Shown here: piece by piece, positions 50,801 through 62,800 of the stretch | Numbering within the stretch: position 1 is the stretch's first letter | How the letters are laid out: each line of letters opens with the position of its first letter | DNA from: Candidatus Omnitrophota bacterium | GTDB lineage: Bacteria > Omnitrophota > Gorgyraeia > JABMRG01 > JAFGKX01 | Length of the DNA stretch: 64,000 nucleotides | NCBI GenBank assembly: GCA_043797125.1 | Contig: JAZDPX010000023.1 | Coordinates: 67,098 to 131,097, forward strand | Reading direction: 5' to 3' | Position numbers and translations under genes: made by a program | The notes under the pieces: model-generated | Database searches by the model: none | What the model saw: the letters and a program-made list of their open reading frames with translations, nothing else | What the model was told of the DNA's origin: nothing

Positions 50801-53800
50801 TTAGATTCGGTCGCAACACCTCCCGCGGGCGTCGCCACCTTAATGGTTTATTATATGTCAGGCGTATTTTCGCTTTTTGAAAGATTAGGGATTGATTATG
50901 AAAAAGGCCCGGCGGAAACAGGTTTTTGGTTTTCCGCACAAGAGATGCTGGAAGACATAAAGAGCTACTTTTTTACATATAAGAAAATAAAAGAATGGGG
51001 GACAAAGCGGGGTAATATTTCGCACTTCAAAGAAGAGATTAGTTCTTATGAAGCCTTGAGAAAGCCCCTACAAGAAGAATATGCGGAATTCTCGGAAGCA
51101 GAGAAGAGGTTAGGCGAGATAGCCGCTTTGATGGAAGAACATAAAGACGCAACCGGCCTGCCGGAATATAAGGAAATCGAGGATGAGATAAACAGGGCCT
51201 TGGCAGACTATAGGCAAGAAGACGAATCCAAAAAAGACGCGTTTGCTTTATACCGCGATGTTAGAAATAAAAGGGCCAGGGCAGAGGCTGAGCTTGAGGC
51301 TGTAAACCTTAAGCTTGAAGTTTTGAAGATGCAGGAAGAAAGCCTGCGCGCAAACGATACTTCGCCTGAGTATCCGGTGCTTATCCAGCAAATAAAGATA
51401 AAAGAGGCAGAATCAGAGATAGCCAAGAAAAAACGCGATTTGGGCATCGCGGTATTGCTTCTGGAATTTGAAGACATAAAAAAGGCCAAAGGCATCTTTT
51501 CGGATGAGGCGAAAAAGAAAGAGATTGAAATCGCGGACGCGGAAAGAGAAATAGATATCTTAAACAGCGAAAAGGCGCAGCGGGAGCGGGAGCTTGAAAT
51601 AGCAAGATACGATGCGCAGATGGAAACCGGAAGACAGGCAATTCCGTTATCAGCCGGATATGTAGGAAGCGAAGTGCTGGGGATAGTGGAACTTATTAAA
51701 AAGTACGAGCCCCTGAAGAACCATCCGGCGCTTACGGACGCGAGGCTGACAACGCGTTTTGCGATATTTACGGATGAGCTTAAGGATGTAGTTAAAATAC
51801 TGCAAAAAGACTTGGGCCTTGCGGAAACCGGCATATTTGACGAGAAGACGAGAATAGCGCTTATTGACGCATTAATAAAGCAACTGGAGAAGCAAAACAA
51901 TGACGAAGCTGACTGGATTAAGTTTTTAGAGACAGAAGAATACAGGCAGTTAAACAGAGAAAAGGTGCATAAAAAGCACCTGGTGGCGGATGGCGTAACA
52001 AAGGCTGTGCCCGGCCTTGAGAAAGCAAAAATTATTTCGCAAGAAGATCTCGCGGAGGCCCTTAATGCGGACAGCGTAGAAATAAGGCAATTGTTTGAAG
52101 AAATCCTTAAAAAGGCGCAAGATAAACAGAATCGTGAAATAGCGCGGCAGATAAAGGATATTATATCGCGAATCATAGATCTGGAAATCATGCAGAAAAA
52201 AATAGAAAAGGCCGGCACCGAATACAACCAGAAAGAATATGAAAAAGAAGAAAGAGACCTGCGCATACTCATACTCACCGCAGAGATAGACAAATTAAAT
52301 GCCGAAAAGGCGTTATTGGAGAATTCCGCAAACAAGCCGGCTTTGGTGGATAAAAATAACGCGGAAGCCGCCGTTAGCGCATTGGAAATCTTGTCGAAAT
52401 CCCCGACAAAGGCGCAGACAAGGTTCCTTACGGGTATTAAAAAACAGATAAAAGAGTTAGAGAGAGAACAGTGTTATGCCGCCTTCTGCAAGATGCTTTT
52501 GGGGTATGACGAAAAGAAGGACTCAGCGGGCGCCGGCTGCATCAGATGGTTTATGCAGCATATAACCGATTTAAAGCTGGAAGACAACGAAATTATGAAA
52601 GAGGCGTTTATTCAATTTTTAACCGAGCCAGGCAATATCATGTTGCCTTTCGCGCCTTTAAGGCAGGTTTTGATGGAAAAGGAATTAAGCGGGTTTTTAA
52701 ACAACGAAAAATTGCGCACGCAAAAGGCGAGGGAATTTTATTCGATAGAGTTGCAGGTTCAGGCAAGGGTAAAGGTTTTAACATTAAAAGACAAGGTTGA
52801 TGAAAGCGCTAAAGAATATGCGGATAAAGCCATCGAATTATTTAAAAAAGACGCAAAATACATAACCGACATAGATAAAATTACCCTGCTTAGATTTGCC
52901 GCCATACACCATAAAAACATAGCTGATTACGCCCTGGCTTATTATTCCGAACTTCATCAAAAATGGCTTGTCAGAAACCAGGTTCAAGAAGCGGGCCCGT
53001 CGGTTAGCAGCGAAGCTGCCAAGGTATTAAAAGAGGCGACTGAAAAAGGTTTTGAGATAGCAGAAAGAGAAATTAAATTTATTCTTGAATCAGAAAAACT
53101 AACAGCAAAAGAAAAAGAATTAGAAGAAAAGATAAAAAACAACAGCGTTGAAAATGCGGATTATCTTGAGTATTGGAGCCTTAAACTTCAATACTTAATT
53201 GAATGGCGCAACATAGTAAAACAAAAGTTTGAAAACCCGGTTTACTTGGATTGGGCATTGCCTATAATGGAAAAGCACCCCCATGTATACACTGACGCAG
53301 ACAAGCAAAATTACGCTCAGCTAAAAGATATATCTAAAGACGAAAAGGCCAAAGATGACTTTAATAGAGACATAATGCAGCATCAGGAGGCATTCGCGTG
53401 GGTAAATAAACGCATTGAGATCGATAAAAAAGAACAGGCCATAGCGGCTATTAAAGACAAAGATTCGATAGAGTTCGCGCTGGCGGATGCCGGCCTTGCG
53501 GTAAAACAGGCAGAGTTAAAAATAACGGAACTTTCTCCTTTGTTTATTCTTTGGCTTACCGGGGTAATAACGCTAAAAGATAAGGACGGTATTATACAAG
53601 ACCCTATCCTGGGCGAAGCCCAAAAGAGGTTATTGAGTTATATCAAAATGACAGGCACTAATACCGATACTCTTATACGCCTGGCGCGCGAACTTGCAGA
53701 AGGAACACAAAATTCCGAATATTTAAAATATGCCGTTGGCACAGAGGCTATCGCGGCCGAAAGCTGGCTGAAGTTTATTGAGGCCAAAAAGGCGGGCGTT

Positions 53801-56800
53801 GAAATCACAAAACAGATGCAAAAGCCGGACATCGACGCCATAGAAAAATCCTTTAAGAAAGCGGAGCTCGCGTTTCAGGAATTCAAAACAGATTTAGCGG
53901 GCATCGACGCGCTGCTTTCCATAAGCGAGGCATTGAAAATGCACGCATTTTATCCCAAGGAAACAAAGCAGAGGTGGGCCGGACAGATAGAAGGGATAAT
54001 AGAAAGGCTTAAGTTAAGAAAAAGCTCGCTTGAGAACGCCAAAAGAGGGGCGAAAACCGAAGAGGAAAGTTTTATTATTGATAATGAAATCAGGCTGATA
54101 GAGGAAACTCTCGATATAGCGGGGTATATCCTGAAGCAGCTCGATGGCAGCGGCCTCGCGCAGGAAGCAAGGGAGAAGATAGACTCAATAAGCCAAAAAA
54201 TAAAAGGCGAGATATACAGGCTTAGCTGGCTTAAGTTTCAGATAGAAGAATATGAAAAAAGGCTCAAAAAGGCAAAAGACGAAAAGGAAAAGGAAGACCT
54301 CGCCGTAAAAATAAACAGACTATGGCTTGAAGTGGCGGAAATAATAATCCAGCAAAAAAGAGAGCTCGCGCACAAAAAATACGAGGAGGCGGCAAAGCGA
54401 AACGATAAAAGGGCCTGCCTCGATATAATAAAAGCCCTTGTGGTAGAAGAACGGGCCTTCAGCAAGACAAAAGAGCGCCTAACAGGATACCCTGCCCATG
54501 CCGCAGATACCGGGCTTAGAGATTTTGTTTATAAAAACCTTTCAAACGACAGGGCGCATTTTGCGGATAAGGGATACGCCAAACTCATAGATTCAATACA
54601 GGACTCAAAAGCGCAAGGCAAGATGTTGACGCTGTCTTTTTTGCGCGAAAAGATAGAAAAGGCGGGTTTAAAAGGCGAGGAAGCCGAGGATATGTTAAAC
54701 CATATCCTTGTTTCAGCGTCAGCGGGCATAAATCCTAATGTCATAAAAATGGCCTACGAATTGATAAGCTCGCTGGATAATAAGCTGGCAAACGAGATAT
54801 CAATAGCCGCTTTCATAGACCCTGTAAGCTTCTCGAGGCTTGCTGAAGGGCTTTTTGCGGGATTTGTTGAATTCGGAGGCGTCGCGGAAGAACTTGATTA
54901 TACCGCAAAACTCATATCCAGCCTGTATCAGGAAAAAAGCCAGGTTGTGGCGCTTGAGAGCATGCAGGCTTGCCTACTCGATACAATTACCGATATGTTA
55001 GACAAACCCGGCGTTTTTAGGGATGCTTACCAAAAGTTTAAGGATGCGCAAACAGGCCTTATTAAGGACTTAGGCCTGGATACCAACCTCATAAACTCCG
55101 TAATAAGCCTGTCATTTGGTTATGAGATGCCTGACGGCGAAAACGAAACACAGATTAACGCGACCATAAGTTTTAAGAGCGGTGAAGTATCCTTGGCCAA
55201 AAAGACGGTGAGCCTAAGCATTTTGCAGGGCTATCTTGAGGCGTTACATAATCTTAAAACCCAGTTAGCCCGCGCAAAACAGGATATACTGATTTCATAC
55301 CTTTATATGCAGGAGACAAAAATAACGGCAATCCAACTGCAAGCCTTGGCGGAACAAATACGCCTTGAAAAGGATTTTGAGAAAGGCAGTGTTGATGAGT
55401 GGCTGTTTGATATCCACGAACAGCTTCTGCTCGCAAAAGCGGATGACAGCGCAGCTACTGCTGTGCAGCAATATAACGAGAGGGCAGCCCAAAAGAAGAA
55501 TATCAAGCTAAGCCTGCAAGAGATACGCAACATCGAAGACATAACAGAGGAAGCGCTTCAGGTAAAAGAATATGATATGCCTGACGGCGAACTTAAATTT
55601 GCCGCTGAGGTAAGAAAAGGCGCGGAATCTTTAATAGGAAGGCTGAGGTTGAGTTTCGGGCTTGAGGCGGAAGGCAATTTAGAGCAGATAAGCGAGGCAG
55701 ACTTAAGCGCGTTCTTAAGGTTTAAATGGGACCTTTATAACAGCCACGACGATGAGCGCAGGAAATTAGCTGAGGCGCAATATAATAAGACGCTTGCGGA
55801 TATTGATAACAGAATAGACCAGATAGATAAAAAGCTGGTCGAGCTTAAGGGAGCTGCTGCGCAGGATGCAGAGGAGCTGGATAGGCTAAGGACAATGTCG
55901 GAAAAGGAGACAGCAGAAGGATATATCGCGATATTCAAAAAGATATACGCAAATCTTAAAAGCAAAGAAGGTTTGCTGCTTGGTTCTGATGTAACAGGCC
56001 AAATAGGCCTTTTAAAAGCGACTACAGAGATGGCCATTCTTGACAGAGAGAGGCAAAACCTCATAAAAATGAGGAACGATATTAAGAATGCATGGGACAG
56101 AGGCGGGAAAGAAAAGGCAGCGGGAAAAGAGAGTAAAAAAGAACTTAAAAAAGAACTTAAAGCGGAAAAGAAGCGAGCAAAAGAACAAGAACAAGAAAGA
56201 GAAGCTAAAACCGCCACTATGATGGCAACTGTTAAAAAGGCTTCAAGAGAACGGATAGATGACATAGAGATAATGACAGAGAGTGACTTTGGGCGCCTTA
56301 AAGAATTGCTTGATGGCCTGGAACAGTATAAACGCAGGCTTTATCTGACAGATGAATATAAAAACAATAAAAAAGAGTTTGACGATTTAATAAACCCCAT
56401 TTACGAGGGCGCCGAAGGCAAAGCATTAGACTCTCTTGAAAATTCCAGGAACGCGGAAACCCTGTTAAAACTTCTGCCGGATCTGTTGCGCGCTTTAAGA
56501 TACGAAAGGTTATCCGCGGAAGATAGACAGAATGCGCTGAAAAAATGGACAAAGGCAATAGAAGCCAACGAATCAATCGAGGATAAAGAGAAATTTAGAA
56601 AGACGATAACCGATTTCTTTAAAACAGAATACGGCGAGAACGCTTTCAATAGCGAATATAAGCCATTATTCAGAAAGCTAAAGAGGGCCGATAGCGTAGA
56701 AGAGGTTATTGCCTGCCTCAAAGAGTTCGATGCGTTAAAGGGAAAATACGGATATCTTAAAAATATCGCAGCGGATAAAGAAAACGAATTTTGCGTAAGA

Positions 56801-59800
56801 GCCCACGAGGAGGCTGTCAGGTTTGTTGTCCCGCATCTTGCGGGAGATATGGAATTAACGTATAGCAATCAGAGCCGGATTCTGCCTTTATTAACAAAGC
56901 TATCAGCATATAAACTTAGAGCGCCGGAACGGGAAAAGCTCTATAAGCTATGGATGGATACCCTGCTGAAAATAGCTGAAAACGATAAACAGATATCCGA
57001 GAAATACCTCAAGCCGATACGCAAAGAGATTAAGGAAGCGCCGGAGATTATTAAGGCGCTTCTTTCAGAGTTAGAAAAAAATATCGAGACATCTTTGGAA
57101 AAATACATTGTTCTAAAGGCCCTGCTTGGCGCGTTGAATAGATGCCTTATGCAGGAAGAGGCAGGCAGCAAGGTGGAGGATGAGGCAGGCCGCGCCACGC
57201 TGCAGCTTAAAGCAAAATTAGGTAGAATAAAAGAAATTTTAGCGGCGATTGACAAAGACATCGCGTTTTTAAGAACGAATATTATCCCCAATGAAAAGGA
57301 ACTCGCGTTTATTTTAGGGAACATAAAATCAAATATGCTTGATTGCCAGAAGATAATGAGAACCGGTATTCCGGAGCTTATGGTAAAGGCAGGAAACCGG
57401 GACTATGCCACCCGGGCGCAGGAGCTAAATAACGAACTAAATGGAAAATACTATCATATAAAAGAGGCGCTTAAGTTTTCATTTATGAGTTATATAAATA
57501 CGGTTCAAAACGAAGAAAAAAGGCTCTATATCTTCCATTTATTTAGCGTTGATTTAACCGATAAATATAACATTTCCTATAACGAGGACGATCTAAAGGC
57601 TATTATAGGCAGCATGAAAGCTTCTGCGCAAAGTAAAGAAGCTTATTTAAAAATAGCCATTGAAAGAAGAGAGATGTTTGTAGTCGCGAAGATAAGAGAC
57701 TATTTAAAGGAATTGCAAGGCACTAGTTCCCTTATGGCCATAGATGAAATAACAAGAACGCTTGATGAGCTTTTTAAGGAAGCTGAAGGCTACAGAAATA
57801 TAGATTATAAGATAACCCAGCTGGAAGATAAATATGAAAATATTAAAGCCGCTGTTAATGGAAAGAAGGAAAATGCGGTGGCGGCATTTAACAGTTTATA
57901 TAAGGTAAACATAGGACTGCTTGATTACAAAAACAGCACATCAACTATCCGCGATGCCTGGTACGCCATAAGCAAGGCCGCGCTGGCGGCAGTAAGGCTT
58001 ACCACAGGCGCGCAGAGGCAGGATATCATTGACAAAACCACCCAGGCATATAATAAATACAGCGCGGCGGAAAAGGACAGGACGCAAAACAAGAGCCTGT
58101 TCCGCGATGCCTATAATAAGCATAGCGAGGATTTGAATAATATCAGAAACATAAAGCCCGCAAAAAGGATTGTCGAAATATACCGCATATTGAATGATTT
58201 CTCCATAGATGAACAGGAGGCTAAAGGCTTGTTTGAGGGAAGCGATATGCCCGTATTTAACAAGGACTGTTATGGGCTAAGAAACACCGCGCACATTATC
58301 CTGACAGACACCCTCAGCGAGAAAGACGCTATAAAGAGGAAAGACAAAGACAATATACTTAGTAATTTAAAAGAGATAATAGGCTTACTCAACATAGAGG
58401 AATTGGAGAAATTCGGCATAGAGGTTGAAAACAGCAGGATGGAGCGCTGGATGAGGGTATTTGAAAAATGGCGCGGGAACGAAACATTTACGGAAAGCGA
58501 GATAGCGAAAATTGAAAATACCCTAAAAGAAAAATTCGGCACGCAAAAAACTACGGCAGAAAGCCCCATAGACACAAATACGGCTGACTTAATTGATATA
58601 GTTAAAAGCGTAAGAACGAAGTTTTATGAGGAGCGCACATATAAAGCTGATATGAGGGAAGCCGACGCCATGAAAGGGCTTGCCGGATTTGAGTGGGGGC
58701 TGGGCATTGAAGGCACCCTGGGCCCGGTTGATTTATTCGACGGCTTTTTGAAAATAGATTTTATATGGTCTCCCGAGGCGGAAAAAGAGCACGCCGAGTT
58801 ATATAAAGATTTTGTCAACATCAGGCAGAGCCTGGCAAACAAAAGGGCTAATATGGCTTCGGTCAGGCACCTGCTCGATTATTTCAATATCGTGATACAA
58901 CTGGATCAGCTTGAAAAAGACACTGCCAGGAAAAACGCGCTTTTGGAAAAAAAGAGAATGTTAGAGGCCCATTTGCCCGCGGGAGTAATAGATAACATAG
59001 AAATGGCAAGCAGCTACTTGAATGCAGACGCTGATAAGATATTTGCGGCGGTATTATCGGAGCTTGATAAGACTTATTACTGCGCGGAAGTATCAACGCA
59101 TGACATGATGGATTTATTGGAGAGAATGCAGAAGGTTAACATAGAATGCAAACTCAAAGGCAAAACAGCCATAACTGTTTCCATAGGGCCGAACATATTA
59201 GCTTCTGTATTAAGGACGCTTTTGCCTCTGTTTCCGATGCTTTTCGGTAAATCAGGTTCTGAAACACGGACCCAGGCCAATGAACAGGCAGACAGAGCGC
59301 TTGAGTCGCTGATAAATTATGAGATACAGCTTAGGAAGGAGAAAGAAGCCGCAGTAATTTTATACGCGTATACCAGCCAAAACCTGAGCATAGCCCAAAA
59401 ATACTATAACAAGGCCAAACCTGATAAAAAAGACGCCGCGCTGAAGGCTCTTATCGTGGCGCAGGAGGCCTTTATTAACGCTCGCCTTGCGGTCATAAAC
59501 TCGGGGGCAGATTTAGACGGTGAATCAAGCAAAGCTATTATCGCGCAAATGAGCGAGTATCTCGAAAAACGCCAGGATATATTTAAGGAAATTCTCACGG
59601 CAGATAATCTTGCGGAAAAGAGTTTAGAAAATATTTTGCAGGAAATTGACGAAAAGATGGCCAGGGCAAAGGACGAATTTCTAAACGCTATCGAAGACAC
59701 GCAAGGCCCCGCAAGTGTTTTCACGGACTGGATAGAAGATGATTCTGCCAGGGCTATCATACAGGCATATTTGGCAAGCGAGGATGATACGGGGGTGTTT

Positions 59801-62800
59801 AGTTATGAGGATTTTATGGATTCCTCGGAAATCGCCACTGTAAGCAAAGGCCCCGGTTACCATGTATTGGTTCCTGTATCGGGCGCGGAACCTGGCCAAC
59901 AGCAGCAACTCAGGGGTTATCTGGAAAAAGAATTTAAAATCTCGGATATGTATAAATTTGTGTATGACTTTAGCGTCAACAGCGCCACGGATGATTTTAT
60001 TAATATGGTAGATGACGCAACAACCGCTAATACCGGGCTTGCGCTTATAGTAGATTTAAAAGACGGTTCGCAAATGCGTTTTCCGCTTAATGTCTCCTAT
60101 GATAGTGACGGCAATCTGCAGTATACGATGAGCGGCGGATACAGCAATCCCAAGGTAACTGCCGAGCTCGGGGCTGATTTTGGAGACGGCACGGACCCAT
60201 CCTGGTGGGCAAACATCAGCCAAAAATTTGAGAAGGCAAGCATCGGCCTGTATTATACCGGCGCAGCAGGCGAGTCGGAGAAGGAAGATGTCACCGTGAG
60301 TTTCGTGTATATGCCGGTCAATCTTTTTACGTTCGGCGCCAACGCAAAGTATGATTTCATAGGCAGTGAAGCGGGCAGCGACATATTTGTCAGCGTAAAA
60401 CCGCAGAAGAATGTAACAATAACCGTTGCCGGCTCCTATAGCGATAGTTCGGGTTTTGCGTCGAGCGGCAATGTAGCATACTTTTTACAGAAGACGGGCA
60501 CAAGATTAGATTTTGATATTAAGTCCGCAAAAAACCAGGATATCGAAGCGAGCGTAAACGGCAAGCAGAGAATATTAAAGATAATGGATATTATTTTTAG
60601 CGCGAGCCAGGAGGAACAGACCTTCGGAGTAGAGGTGCGCACCTGGAAGGAAGCATTGCAGTTTAAGGTCCAGACAAGCACAGACCAGACGCATGAGGCG
60701 CAAGTAAAACATCATGCTAAACGCACTGACGCCAGCCTCGGTTTTGAGTTTGGGCCGGAAGGTGATGCAACCGTAGAGGCAGAACTTAGTTACAGGCTTG
60801 GGGGTCCGAAAGCCACCACGCCGTCAGACTACTTCCCTGAAACCGAAGACTTTAACGATTCTACTATATTAGAAGACCTGGATTCAGGAGGCCAAACCCC
60901 GTTCTATGATAAACAAGGCCAACCGCAAGAGGAAACCAAAATACCGGATACGCCGGATATCCAGCAGGCAGAATCAACGCCGCCTCTTTCTACTATGCCG
61001 GTAGAAATGCCGCCTGAGGAGGTAGAAGAAGAGAAATGGTCGGTATGCGAGCGCGTCCTTGAGATTTATTCCGGTACAAAGAATCTAAAGGAATTAAGAA
61101 ATAAAGAAATAGCCGGGCTCTTTGAAGCCGCGGAAACAGCGATCAACGAATATAATACATCAAAGAAGTCTTTTGAAGACACATTGCAAGAGTTAGAAGA
61201 AATAGAAGAGAAGGTCAGGCTTACCGGCCTCGGCGCGAATGAGCTTAGACTTAAAATTGAGGACGCGCGCGATAAGTTAACCGAACTGCGAGACAAAATT
61301 ATAGGCTTAAATAACGTTATTAACGTGAGAAGAGCGCAGCGCAAGGAACTGCCGGAAGAATTGACCGAGTTTAGCGGCAATTTCGAAGAATTAATGACTG
61401 TCATCGGTAATATCCTGCTGGAATTAGACAAGCAGCTTGCCCGATTTAAGACTGCCAAAGAAGCTTCAGGCGCGCGGCTATCACCGATAATAATAGACGC
61501 AAAAACAGAGTCAGATTCATATCTTAAATACCTCACAGATTCGGTCAATGGCTGGCAGGAGTTAAACGGCAGGGTTGCTGGCCAGCTAAACGAAGACGAA
61601 TCCAAAGAATCTGAGGCAGTGAAAAAGTGGAACGGCTTATCTGAGGGAAAACAACATAGCCTTCAGGCGGAAATAGACAAAATCGCAAATGATTTAAAAG
61701 CGGGATACGCTGAGTTTTTCTCCTATGCGGCTAACAGCGAGAGTGAAATACGTTATTGGGCCAGGCTTATTGCTTCAGGAGGAGTTTCCAAAGAGTGGGT
61801 GATAGAGCGCATAAAACAATTAGGCTACCTTGTAAACAACACGCAATTGCAAAAATACCTGCTTAAAAATAACAAGCTGGATGGTTCATATAACGGCGCG
61901 GATAGGCAATCTCTGCGATACTGGGCAGCGGTGTTAAGCATAAAAGGCAAGGAATGGGCCAAAGATGAAATTGCCTTCAGGGTAGAACTTTTAGATGTAA
62001 TCAAGGCTGTATATGGATTTAAGGAAAAGGAATTTAATCCGGATTGCGCCTCTGACAGAGAAAAGATAGCCGCGTTTTCAGGAATGGCGGCTTTCGCGGG
62101 GGCTGATAAAGCAGGCCTGTTAGAGACGCTGGCCGCGATAAAAGATAACCAGCAGTATCTTAAGCAGATATTAGAAATGCGCCAGCAGGATAAATTCGAG
62201 ATTTCCCAGACCATTGCGCTTCTGAGATGGGCCGCGCTTATAAAGAAATGGGAACAGGCCGGCATAAACGCGCAGCTTATCTTGCAGTGCGTGATATTAT
62301 TAAAGGGCCATTATAAAAAGGCAAGCGAAGCGCTCAAAAGCTTAAGCGACAGCGCATATAATGATATTCTGAAAAATCCGTTTGCCAAGGAAATATACGA
62401 GCTTATTCAGATAGCGTCTATGGCGCAGGAAGGCGATGCTCTCGCAAATAATTCTTACGACGCGGAGTTTTTAAAGGTTTACCTTGATTCGCAGGCAACG
62501 CACTTAGGGGCCATAAAGCGCCTTATAGGACTTAAGCGCGATGACTCTATTATGTCCGCGCCAAAGGCGTATTTTTCAATACTTCAGGCGCTGCAGGAGG
62601 AATGGTCGAAAGATAAATCTCCGTGGACGCAGGAAGGGGTTATTGATGTAGCGCTGCTTATTGATAGGATGAATTACATAAAGACAGACACCGAGGCAAT
62701 AAGATCAATTTTCGGCAAAACATTAGACCTCACGAATGCCGAAGACCTGAGCAGACTTGCGTGGCTTGGCATGGCAAGTATAGGCGTCGGTAATCTGTCA

